33,107 nt of DNA, taken from positions 1 through 33,107 of the forward strand of contig JAXLNO010000437.1 in assembly GCA_038087875.1 (NCBI GenBank), read 5' to 3'. This document shows positions 20,084 through 30,193 of this stretch, in pieces. The translations under genes were made by a program, and so were the position numbers. The notes beneath the pieces are model-generated. The model was given only the letters and a program-made list of their open reading frames with translations, ran no database searches and was not told where the DNA came from. The DNA is from Malacoraja senta. Lineage: Eukaryota. Position 1 is the first letter of the stretch. Every line of letters starts with the position of its first letter.

Positions 20084-20276
20084 TTATCTGTTATTTGCAC
20101 TTTATCAGTTTATTTATTCATGTGTGTATATATTTATATAATGGCATATGGACACACTGATCTGTTTTGTAGTCAATGCTTACTATGTTCTGTTGTGCTG
20201 AAGCAAAGCAAGAATTTCATTGTCCTATCAGGGACACATGACAATAAACTCTCTTGACTTGACTTGACTTGACTTG
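20084..20276 (+). mobile_element. Remainder of the Rex1-type LINE 3' UTR
   Basis: AATAAA followed by (CTTGA)n tail; rejoins 11387 as GCCCATTATCTG. Confidence 0.8.
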
Positions 20277-20278
20277 CG

Positions 20279-20484
20279 TCGCTGCCTCACAGCGCCAGAG
20301 ACCTGGGTTCGATCCTGACTACAGGTGCTGTCTGTACGGAGTTTGTATGTTCTCCCCGTGACCTGCCTGGGTTTCCTCCGGGTGCTCCGGTTTCCTCCCA
20401 CACTCCAAAGACGTACAGGTTTGTAGGTTAATTGGCTTCGGTAAAATTGTGAAGTATCCCTAGTGTATAGGATAATGATAGTGT
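20279..20484 (+). mobile_element. tRNA-derived SINE
   Basis: GCTGCCTCACAGCGCCAGAGACCTGGGTTCGATCCTG and typical body. Confidence 0.9.
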
Positions 20485-20685
20485 GTGGGAAGGAACTGCA
20501 GATGCTGGTTTAAACTGAAGATAGACACAAAAAGCTGGAATAACTCAGCGGGTCAGACAGCATCTCTGGAGAGAAGGAATGGGTGACGTTTCGGGTTCAG
20601 ACTGGTCAGGGATATGCGAGAGATATAGACAAAGATATAGAGAGATAAAGAACAATGAATGAAAGAGGAAACAGGCCATTGAAAC
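20485..20685 (-). mobile_element. PLE 3' terminal fragment
   Basis: Matches 10700-10980 with deletions. Confidence 0.82.
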
Positions 20686-20703
20686 AACCCCACTGATATA
20701 CTT

Positions 20704-20913
20704 AAAGGTAGATAAAAATGCTGTAGAAACTCAGCGGGTGAGGCAGCATGTATGGAGCGAAGGAAAAGGTAATGTTTCGGGTCGAGACCCTTCTTCAGAC
20801 TAGACCCGAAACGTCACCTATTCCTCTGCTCCAGAGATGTGGCCTCACCCGCTGAGTTTCTCCAGCATTTTTATCTATCTTCGATTTTTCCAGCATCTGC
20901 AGTTCCTTCTTAA
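20704..20913 (+). mobile_element. Fold-back mini PLE insertion 2
   Basis: TSD CCACTGATATACTT/CCAATGATATACTT (20690-20703, 20914-20927); imperfect inverted arms; ~32-nt tail. Confidence 0.85.
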
Positions 20914-21109
20914 CCAATGATATACTTTCATCTACATGATCAGTTGCTTTTTAAGTGCTTGTTGGTAGCTGATTATTGTGTATTGATAGGAAATTATTGG
21001 TTTAAATCGAAGATAGATATCTGGAGAGAAGGAATGGGTGACGTTTCGGGTCGAGACCAGTTAGTATTTGACCTTGGCATAACTTTGTATAATCAGCTTA
21101 GATAGTACT

Positions 21110-21945
21110 TCAGTTTAGTTTATTGTCACGTGTACCGAGGTACAGTGAAAAGCTTTTTGTTGCGTGCTATCCAGTTAGCAGAAGGACAATACATGACACT
21201 GACACTGTCACTGTGTGTCATGTTGTTACTTGTGGGTGGAGCACCAAGGCAAATTCCTTGTATGTGAATACTTGGCCAATAAACTTCCTTCCTTACTTAC
21301 TTACTTACTTACTAAAGGGCCTGTCCCACTTGCATGCGATTGCATGCGTTTGGTGCGATCAAACGGAAGCGGAGTTCACACGAAGTTCGCGCTAAGTACG
21401 CGCGTGACATCATTTGCGTCATGCTTACCAATCAGCTGGGCAGGAGGCGGGCCGACTGAATTTGGGCGTCGCACGGGGTCGGGTGGTGTCGTCATCATGC
21501 AACGCCACGCCGTGCGGTGAATTCATCGCGCAATGCCACGCGCTAGGCGTACGCCGTCAAGACGCTGAGTACGGCGTCAAGACCCTGGTACGACCGCAAT
21601 GCGCCTGCATGCCGACAGGCCGTTGGCGCGCGAAGATTTCGGTCATTGCAAGAATTTCGGAGCCCCACGCGATGTCGGGACCAGCTCCGCACAACTCCGC
21701 GCTTCGAAGTGGGACCGGCCCTGCGCGGCCATACGGTGCCCGTACGCCTCAAGCGACCACGAGGTCGAGTAATTTGCGAGCCAATGTCGCGTAAGTGGGG
21801 CAGGCCCTTTATTTACAATCAATCCGTTTACAGTGTACAGATGCATGATAAGGGAATAATGTTTAGTGCAAGGTAAATCCAGTAAAATCCAATCAAGGAT
21901 AGTCCGAGGGTCTCCAATGGGGTAGATAGTAGCTCAGCACTGCTC
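21110..21945. mobile_element. Cluster of LINE 3'-end fragments, probably Rex1-type (minus ~21110-21196 and 21812-21945; plus ~21200-21312 with (CTTA)n tail)
   Basis: TTTATTGTCACGTGTACCGAGGTACAGTGAAAAGCT and TTTACAGTGTACAGAT..ATGATAAGGGAATAA recur at ~31570-31610 and ~32276-32310. Confidence 0.6.
21316..21808. mobile_element. Second PIF/Harbinger-like MITE, CpG-rich
   Basis: TIRs AGGGCCTGTCCCACTT / AAGTGGGGCAGGCCCT; flanks TAA and TTA. Confidence 0.85.
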
Positions 21946-22091
21946 TCTGGATGTGGTACTTTGTCCCTGGTACTTTGGCTTTCGGCTTGGTTATCTTGCT
22001 TGAACGCTTATCCTGCTGCTTAAGCACAAGTACTTTGTCTTTCAATTGTAATTTAACCAAAGTAAACTCTTTGATATGTCCCGTGGTTGTC

Positions 22092-22229
22092 TTCTTCTTC
22101 ATGCGTGGGGCGTGCACCACCCAAAGTTGTAAGACAACATGATCTGTTTGATCTTCTGTTCGTGCACGCCGGGTTGATTGCATTTGACGAAACAGGGTGG
22201 ACCACGTGAAGGTTGCAATCTCCCACCCA
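22092..22229 (-). mobile_element. 138-bp retroposon with (GAA)n tail
   Basis: Perfect 11-bp TSD CCGTGGTTGTC (22081-22091, 22230-22240); TTCTTCTTC abuts the left TSD. Confidence 0.8.
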
Positions 22230-22394
22230 CCGTGGTTGTCGAAGGGGCTAAATCAACCTTTCTAATTTAGTTGTAGCTCAGGTGTTTGGAGCATCATTTT
22301 GATGCGTAAGTGCGATAGCATAGAGATAGTCGACGGGTGATCAATGGACGGTGTGCACTCGATGGGCCAAAGGGCCTGTTTCCACGTCAATGCG

Positions 22395-22706
22395 ACACAG
22401 TGGCGCAGCGGTAGAGTTACTGCCTCACTGCGCCGGAAACCCGGGTTCGATCCTGACTGCTGGTGCTGTCTGTACGGAGTTTGTACGTTCTCTCCCCGTG
22501 ACCTCGTGGGTTTTCACCGAGATCTTCGGTTTCCTCCCACACTCCAAATACGTCCAGGTTTGCAGGATAATTGGTATAAATGTAAAATGTCCCTTGTGTG
22601 TGTGTGTGGGGTAGTGTTAGAGTGCGGGGATCGCTGGTCGGCACGGACTCGGTGGGCCGAAGGGCCTGTTCTCTAAACTAAACGAAAGATAAACTAAACT
22701 AAACTA
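22395..22706 (+). mobile_element. Near full-length tRNA-derived SINE (HE1/V-SINE-like)
   Basis: A box TGGCGCAGCGG 22401-22411; B box GGTTCGATCC 22444-22453; LINE-like tail GGGCCGAAGGGCCTGTT; (CTAAA)n end. Confidence 0.92.
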
Positions 22707-22885
22707 CTTGAACTCCGCACTCCATTAAATGATGTATTTTGGGCTTATTCTCCCAACACATCTCGTGAGGCTTTTGTTTCTAATAATCCCGTCTTAGGTC
22801 CCACACGTGACAAAGATCATTTTACTCTTTCGTACATGTATGCGTTAAATATACACAATAAGCGACTGGGCTGATATTATCATAC

Positions 22886-23171
22886 ATGACCACACCATGA
22901 GTATTGTGTGCAGTTTTGGTCTCCTAGTTTTACGAAGGACATTATTGCTATTGAGGGAGTGCAGCGTAGGTTCACCAGGTTAATTCCCGGGATGGCAGGA
23001 CTGACATATGATGAAAGAATGGGTCGACTGGACTTGTATTCACTGGAATTTAGAAGGATGAGATGGGATCTTGTAGAAACATATAACATTCTTAAGGGAT
23101 TGGAGAGGCTAGATGCAGGAAAAATGTTTTCGATGTTGAGGGAGTCCAGAACTAGGGTTCACAGTTTAAGA
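22886..23171 (+). mobile_element. CR1 LINE, 5' piece (continues 24491-24697)
   Basis: QFWSP...EGVQRRFTRLIPG...ESRTRVHSLR. Confidence 0.92.
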
Positions 23172-23173
23172 TG

Positions 23174-24490
23174 TTTAAGAAGGAACTGCAGATGCTGGAA
23201 AATCGAAGGTAGACAAAAATGCTGGAGAAACTCAGCGGGTGAGGCAGCATCTATGGAGCGAAGGAAATAGGCAACGTTTCGGGTCGAAATCGTTCTTCAG
23301 ATTGATGTGAGGGTGGGGGGGGCGGGAAGAGGAAAGAAAGAGGTGGAGCCAGTGGGCAGTGGGAGAGCTGAGAAGGGGAGGAGAAAGTAAGGACTACCTG
23401 AAATTGGAGAAGTCAATGTTCATACCGCTGGGGTGTAAACTACCCAAGCGAAATATGAGGTGCTGCTCCTCCAATTTACGGTGGGACTCACTCTGGCTAT
23501 GGAGGAGGCCCAGGACAGAAAGGTCGGATATGGAATGGGAGGGGGAGTTGAAGTGTTGAGCCACCGGGAGATCAGGTTGGTTATTGCGAACCGACCGGAG
23601 GTGTTGGGCGAAACGATCGCCAAGCCCACGCTTGGTCTCACCGATGTAGATCAGCTGACACCTAGAGCAGCGGATGCAATAGATGAGGTTGGAGGAGGTG
23701 CAGGTGAACCTCTGCCGCACCTGGAAAGACTGCTTGGGTCCTTGAATGGAGTCAAGGGGGGAGGTAAAGCGACAAGTGTAGCATTTCCTGCGGTTACAAG
23801 GGAAAGTACCAGGAGACGGGGTGGTTCGGGTGGGAAGGGACAAATTGACCAAGGAGTTACGTAGGGAGCGGTCTTTGTGGAAAGCCGACGTGGGGGAGAT
23901 GGGAAGATGTGGCCAGTGGTGGGGTCACGTTGGAAGTGGCGAAAATTTCGGAGGATTATTTGTTGCATGTGACGGCAAGTAGGGTGGAAGGTGAGGACAA
24001 GGGGGACTCTGCCCTTGTTACGAGTGGGGGGATGGGGAGAGAGAGCAGAGTTACGGGGTATAGAAAAGACCCTGGTGAGAGCCTCATCTATAGAAGAAGA
24101 GGGGAACCCCCGTTCCCTGAAGAATGAGGACATCTCCGATGCCCTGGGGTGGAACGCCTCATCCTGGGAGCAGATGCGGCTTAGACGGAGGAATTGGGAG
24201 TGGGGGATGGAGTCCTTACAGGAAGCAGGGTGGGAAGAAGTGTAGTCCAGATAGCCATGGAAGTCGGTGGGTTTATAGTGGATGTCGGTCACTAGTCTAT
24301 CACCTGCGATGGAGATAGTGAGGTCAAGATATGGTGGGGAAATGTCGGAAATGGTCCAGGTGTATTTGAGTGCCGGATGGAAGTTAGTGGTGAAGCGGAT
24401 GAAGTGAGTTGTGTGTGGGTGCAGGAGGTAGCACCAATGTAGCGGAGGTAGAGTTCGGGGATAGGGCCACGGCACGCCTCGAACAAGGAA
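23174..24490 (-). mobile_element. 5'-truncated Neptune-type PLE (RT C-terminal half, Cys linker, GIY-YIG, pLTR)
   Basis: LKYTW..YLDL..YKPTD..YLDYTSSHP..KDSIP.SQFLRL.RICS; PCNRRKCYTC; NLIYCIRC..YIGETKR.L..RF.QH..VAQHF; one frameshift near 23880; hammerhead-like motif ~23270-23302. Confidence 0.95.
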
Positions 24491-24697
24491 AAGGGGTAGG
24501 TCATTTAGGACTGAGATGAGGAAAAACTTTTTCACCCAGAGAGTTGTGAATCTGTGGAATTCTCTGCCACAGAAGGCAGTGGAGGCCAATTCACTGGAAG
24601 TTTTCAAGAGAGAGTTAGCTACAGCTCTTGGGGCTGAAGGAATCAAGGGATTTGGGGAGAAAACAAGAACGGGGGTACTGATTTTGGATGATCAGTC
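24491..24697 (+). mobile_element. CR1 LINE, 3' piece
   Basis: MRKNFFTQRVVNLWNSLP; continues 23171. Confidence 0.9.
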
Positions 24698-25184
24698 ATT
24701 TGTATGTTTCTCTGTACGTACTGAATTGCCATCTCCTAATCAGCCGCTCACAGGGGAAAACAAGATCATTTAATAAAAGCGATGATGAGATGAGGGAAAG
24801 GCGGAAAGGCTAGTCTGAAACAGGATTACCTCGCCGCCAGTTTGGAGCCCAGTAAATGCCTATTATTGCATAACCATGTTTGCGTGGAAGTAATGGCAGG
24901 AGCTAATTCAAAGCAGAGGATGTTAAAAGCAATGAAATTTTATTAGTTTTTGAATGCACAATGTATTATGGCAAGGCTTGAACAGGGCTGGCTGGGTAGT
25001 GAGTTCCCTTGGCTGAGCGTCCGAGAGGAGGTGATTTACGCCCGGCGGTGTGGGAGCCTGGCTTGAACGCGGCCACCTGTTAACCCCTCGCGTGCTGGAG
25101 TGACCTCCTGTGTTCTTGTAATCCAGCAGACGTCCGTGCCCTGTCCATTCAGCTTCAGAGCCGTGTTCATGAGTTCCTCGTCTG

Positions 25185-25995
25185 GTCGAGTGGTACAGCG
25201 TGGAAACAGGCCCTTCGGCCCATCTTGTCCATGTCAACCAACGTGTCCCATCTACACTGACTCCACGCTGCGTGACTCCAGGATGGCGGAATCAATACCA
25301 GAAAGCATAGATTTAAGTTCATACAAGTGATAGGAGCAGAATTAGGCCATTCGGCCCATCAAGTCTACTCCGCCATTCAATCTTTTCCTCTCAACCCCAT
25401 TCTTCTGCCTTCTCCCCATAACCCCTGACACCCGTACTAATCAAGAATCTATTTATATCTGCCTCTGGCCTCCACAGCATTTATGCCATTGAGTGATACA
25501 GTGTGAAAACAGGCCCTTTGACCCATCTTGCCCACGCCGGCCAAAATGCCCCATCTACACTAGCCCCACCTGCCTTTGTTTGGCCCACATCCTTCTAAAC
25601 CTGTCCAATCCTATGATGTTTTTTTAACCTTTGCGATAGTCCCTGCCTCAACTACCTCCTCCGGCAGCTCGTTCCATACACCCACCAGCTTGGTGTAAAT
25701 GTAAACATTGCCCCCAGTGTAGGATAGTGTTAATGTGCGGGGATAGCTGGGTCGGCACGGACTCGGTGGGTCGAAGGGCCTGTTTCCGCGCTGTATCTCT
25801 GAATTAAATTAACTTTAAACTACAGAGATGCAGCGCGGAACAGGCCCTTCTGCCCACTGGGTCCGTGCCGACCACCGATCCCTGCACACGAACACTGTCC
25901 TACACACTAGGGACTATTTTACAATTTTACCAAAGCCAATTAACCCACGAACCTGCACGTCTTAGGGGTGTGGGAGGAAACTGGAGCACTGGTAG
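25185..25995. mobile_element. Cluster of LINE 3' tails (minus, ~25185-25690) and two tail-to-tail SINE 3' halves (~25700-25820 plus, ~25820-25995 minus)
   Basis: Repeated GGAAACAGGCCCTT, TAGGCCATTCGGCCC and SINE body motifs. Confidence 0.78.
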
Positions 25996-26071
25996 AAAGT
26001 CCAAGATTCAATTAATCAACTATTTGTTGCCAAAAACTGATGCTTTTTCTCAAAGCAAAATGTCTCCCTGG

Positions 26072-26486
26072 ACACTGGAGTTTAGAAGGATGAGGGGGAT
26101 CTTATAGAAACATATACAATTATAAAAGGACTGGACAAGCTAGATGCAGGAAAAATGTTCCCAATGTTGGGCGAGTCCAGAACCAGGGGCCACAGTCTTA
26201 GAATAAAGGGGAGGTCATTTAAGACTGAGGTGAGAAAACGTTTCACCCAGAGAGTTGTGAATTTGTGGAATTCCCTGGCACAGAGGGCAGTGGAGGCCAA
26301 GTCACTGGATGGATTTAAGAAAGAGTTAGATAGAGCTCTAGGGGCTAGTGGAGTCAAGGGATATGGGGAGAAGGCAGGTACGGGTTATTGATTGGGGACG
26401 ATCAGCCATGATCACAATGAATGGCGGTGCTGGCTCGAAGGGCCGAATGGCCTCCTCCTGCACCTATTTTCTATGTTTCTATGTTT
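26072..26486 (+). mobile_element. CR1 LINE 3' end
   Basis: LEFRRMRG...MFPMLGESRTRGHSLRIKG...GEKAGTGY*; (TTTCTATG)n tail. Confidence 0.94.
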
Positions 26487-26611
26487 CCGTCTCTGAGGTC
26501 TTGAATCAGACGCTGATGTACAAGCAGAACATTTTGAAGCAGGTTTAATGCCCAGATTAGGGGCTGCAAATTGCTTGATGCCCTTCGGATATACAGACAA
26601 GGTAGGTTCCC

Positions 26612-27476
26612 ACTTTGATGAAAGAATGGGTCGACAGGGCTTGTATTCATTGGAATTTAGACAATAGACAATAGGTGCAGGAGTAGGCCATTCGGCCCTT
26701 TGAGCCAGCACCGCCATGCAATGTGATCATGGCTGATCATCCCCAATCAGTACCCCTTTCCTGCCTTCTCCCCAAATCCCCTGACTCCGCTATTTTTAAG
26801 AGCCCTATCTAGCTCTCCCTTGAAAGTATCCAGAGAACCGGCCTCCACCGCCCTCTGAGGCAGAGAATTCCACAGACTCACAACTCTCTGTGAGAAAAAG
26901 TGTTTCCTCGTCTCCGTTCTAAATGGCTTACCCCTTATTCTTAAACTGTGGCCCCTGGTTCTGGACTCCCCCAACATCGGGAACATGTTTCCTGCCTCTA
27001 GAGTGTCCAAACCCTTAACAATCTTATATGTTTCAATAAGATCCCCTCTCGTCCTTCTAAACGCCAGAGTGTATCTTATAGAAACATATAAATTTCTTAA
27101 AGGATTGGACAGGCTAGATGCAGGTAAAATGTTCCCGATGTTGGGGGAGTCCAGAACCAGGGTCACAGTTTAAGAATAAGGGGTAGGCATTCAGGACTGA
27201 GAAGGCAGAAGAATTCTTGGGAAGAAAAATGTTTTCACCCAGAAAGTTGTGAATCCGTGGAATTCTCTGCACAGAAGGCAGTGGAGGTCAATTCACTGGA
27301 TGTTTTCAAGAGAGAGTTAGATTTAGCTCTTGGGGCTAATGGAATCAAGGGATATGGGGAGAAGGTAGGAACGGGGTACTGATTGGGGATGATCAGCCAT
27401 GATCACATTGAATGGCGGTGCAGGCTCGAAGGGCCGAATGGCCTACTCCTGCACCTATTTTCTATGTTTCTATGTT
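26612..27476 (+). mobile_element. CR1 3' end (26612-26660 and ~27073-27476) interrupted by an antisense CR1
   Basis: DERMGRQGLYSLEF | YLIETYKFLKGLD are collinear across the insertion. Confidence 0.85.
26659..27073 (-). mobile_element. CR1 3' end, (TCTATTG)n-tail subfamily
   Basis: YTLAFRRTRGDLIETYK...GEKAGKGY*; AGACAATAGACAATAGG tail seen on +. Confidence 0.92.
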
Positions 27477-27477
27477 A

Positions 27478-27582
27478 AAACCCACTGGGAGAAAGTACAA
27501 ACACCGTACAGACAGCACCCGTAGTCAGGATCGAACCCGGGTCTGGCGCTGTGAGGCAGCAACTCTACCGCTGTGCCACAGT
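27478..27582 (-). mobile_element. SINE 5' (tRNA-like) fragment
   Basis: Reverse complement TGGCACAGCGGTAGAG...GGGTTCGATCCTG. Confidence 0.85.
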
Positions 27583-27869
27583 AGCTTATGGTCCGTTTCA
27601 ATCCATGTGGATGGAATCCTACATATTACACGATTCATCTGGTTCCCATATCCACAGCCTGAAGAAAAAAAACCTCTCTAAAAAAAAACCTCTCTAAAAC
27701 ACACCATTCCCCTGTCACGTTCATTTCATAAGTTATAGCAGCAGAATTAGGCCATTCGGCCCATCAAGTGCTTACAACCCCTTACAACTTGGCCAACGGA
27801 ATCAAGGGATATGGGGGCCTACTCCTGCACCTTGTATCTATGTTTCTATGTAACTGACAGCACCTCCCA

Positions 27870-28390
27870 CTCAGCGTGCCTAAACCTACCGGATCTCCCG
27901 GTTGCTAAACACTTTAACTCCCCCTCCCATTCCCACACTGACCTTTCTGTCCTGGGCCTCCTCCATTGTCAGAGTGAGGCCCAGCGCAAATTGGAGGAAC
28001 AGCACCTCATATTTTGCTTGGGCAGCTTCCACCCTAGCGGGATGAATATTGACTTCACTAACTTCAAGTAACCCTTGCTTTCCCTCTCTCTCCATCCCGC
28101 CCCCTTCCCAGTTCTCCGACCAGTCTTACTGTCTCCGATTACATTTTATCTCTGTTGGCTTTGTTGTCACCTTCTCCCAGTTAACAATGATCCATTCTAC
28201 ATTTTCCTTGATCTCCATCCCCTTTGATGTCTCATTCTCACACCTTACACTTCCTTATCTCTGTATTCCCCCCCCCCCCCTTCCCTGACTCTCAGCCTGA
28301 CGAAGTGTCTCGACCCGAAACGTCGCCCATTCCCTTCTCTCCAGAGATGCTGCCTGCCCCGCTGAGTTACTCCAGCATTTTGTGTCTATC
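27870..28390 (+). mobile_element. PLE 3' end/pLTR
   Basis: PDLPVAKHFNSPSH...KLEEQHLIF..GMNIDFTNFK*, then UTR and hammerhead motif. Confidence 0.93.
28295..28326 (+). ncRNA. Minimal hammerhead motif with intact core
   Basis: GC-CTGACGA-A-GTGTC TC GACCC-GAAAC-GTC-GC. Confidence 0.7.
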
Positions 28391-28417
28391 TAAGAGCTTA
28401 CAACTGATCTCCTGCCT

Positions 28418-28795
28418 CATAGAAACATAGAAAACGGGTGCAGGAGTTGGCCCTTCGACCCAATTCAATATGATCATGGCTGATCATCCAACTCAGTATC
28501 CCGTACCTGCCTTCTCTCCATACCCCCTGATCCCTTTAGCCACAAGGGCCACATCTAACTCCCTCTTAAATATAGCCAATGAACTGGCCTCGACTACCTT
28601 CTGTGGTAGAGAGTTCCAGAGATTCACCACTCTCTGTTCTGCAGTTAATTTTTGTAAGTTCGTAAGTTTGTAAGTGATGGAGCAGAATTAGGCCATTCGG
28701 CCCATCAAGTCTCCTCTGCCATGGCTGATCTATCTCTCCCTCCGAACCCCATTCTCCCGCCTTCTCCCCATAACCCCTGACACCCGCACTAATCA
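28418..28795 (-). mobile_element. Two CR1-clade 3' ends (~28418-28637 and ~28665-28795)
   Basis: 3' UTR motifs and tails. Confidence 0.82.
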
Positions 28796-29154
28796 TCATT
28801 CTTCAGTGTCACCCGGCCTGTTTCGATCTGTGTGAAGATTATGACATTTATATTTTGTCTCTGCTGAATGTAATTTATCATTTTTATGGCTACACGATTC
28901 CCTTGCCAACATGTCCATTCATCTAAGGGACGAGGTTGGTTTTTGCTGCCATTCAAAACCAACATGTTTAACAGTAATTGCTACATCTGACTGTAATTAG
29001 ACTGGGAGTTTTATGGGCTTTAAATTACATGGTTTGTTTGAAAGTGAAGAGGGAGTAGGGTGGTGTGTTGTGGATCGGGGGGTTATCGGGAGTTTAGACC
29101 CAGCTCCAGGCTTCAGATGGGCCTGCCGAAACTATTCTTACAGTTCAAAGGTTA

Positions 29155-29752
29155 CGGGAAGAAAGTACAGGAGCCTGAAAACTGTAACAAGGGGAAGTCC
29201 AGGACAAGGGGTCACAGTTTAAGGATAAAGGGGAAAAAGGGGAAATCTTTTAGGACTGAGATGAGAAAAACATTTTTTCGCACAGAGAGTGGTGAATCTC
29301 GGGAGTTAGATGTGGCCCTTGTGGCTAAAGGGATCAGGGGGTATGGAGAGAAGGCAGGTACGGGATACTGAGTTGGATGATCAGCCATGATCATATTGAA
29401 TGGCGGTGCAGGCTCGAAGGGCCGAATGGCCTACTCCTGCACCTATTTTCTATGTATCTATGTATCTATGTATCTCTGGAATTCTCTGGCGCAGAAGGTA
29501 GTTGAGGCCAGTTCATTGGCTATATTTAAGAGGGAGTTAGATGTGGCCCTTGTGGCTAAAGGGATCAGGGGGTATGGAGAGAAAGCAGGTGCAGGATACT
29601 GAGTTGGATGATCAGCCATGATCATATTGAATGGCGGTGCAGGCTCGAAGGGCCGAATGGCCTACTCCTGCACCTATTTTCTATGTTTCTATGTAACGTC
29701 CGGGTTCAGGAACAGCTTCTTCCCTACAGCCATCAGGCTATCGAACACCACA
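29155..29752 (+). mobile_element. Rex1-type fragment containing a CR1 (29189-29691) that contains a shorter CR1 (29301-29471)
   Basis: TGTAAC duplicated at 29183-29188/29692-29697; ATCTC duplicated at 29296-29300/29472-29476. Confidence 0.85.
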
Positions 29753-29769
29753 ACCTCCTTAAAGCTCCG

Positions 29770-30085
29770 ATAGATTCTTGATCAGTACGGGTGTCAGAGG
29801 TAGACAAAAGTGCTGGAGAAACTCAGCGGGTGCAGCAGCATCTGTGGAGCGAAGGATTTCCTTCGCTCCACAGATGCTGCCGCACCTGCTGAGTTTCTCC
29901 AGCACTTTTGTCTACCTTTGATTTTCCAGCATCTGCAGTTCCTTCTTAAACGGGTGTCAGAGGTTACGGGGAGAAGGCAGGAGAATGGGGTTAGGAGGGA
30001 AAGATAGATCAGCCAAGATTGAATGGCGGAGTAGACTTGATGGGCCGAATGGCCTAATTCTGCTCCTATTACTTGTGACCTGATG
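29770..30085 (+). mobile_element. CR1-clade 3' end hosting fold-back insertion 3
   Basis: GATAGATTCTTGATCAGTACGGGTGTCAGAGGTTACGGGGAGAAGG...GGGCCGAATGGCCTAATTCTGCTCC. Confidence 0.85.
29802..29949 (+). mobile_element. Fold-back mini PLE insertion 3
   Basis: TSD ACGGGTGTCAGAGGT (29787-29801, 29950-29964); 59-bp arms 29798-29856/29859-29917 with 2 mismatches; 32-nt tail. Confidence 0.93.
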
Positions 30086-30138
30086 ACTTTATGCCGACAT
30101 AGACGGGGGCAATGGGTTTATCTTTTTGCACTATTATG

Positions 30139-30141
<3 letters not shown>

Positions 30142-30170
<29 letters not shown>
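30142..30170. repeat. (TG)n microsatellite
   Basis: Seen directly. Confidence 0.98.
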
Positions 30171-30173
<3 letters not shown>

Positions 30174-30193
30174 GGTATGTGTGTATATATAAA

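Noticed and set aside
22395..22470. tRNA gene
   Set aside because: The A/B boxes run into a SINE body and tail, and I see no complete cloverleaf.
23651..24646. 331-aa ORF as one protein
   Set aside because: It is a chance fusion of antisense CR1 sequence, PLE RT and an out-of-frame tail.
27585..27700. Minus-strand host exon after TTTTTTTTCTTCAG (AG at ~27659-27660)
   Set aside because: There is no convincing donor or recognisable peptide, and the T-tract is part of a local duplication. RNA-seq would settle it.
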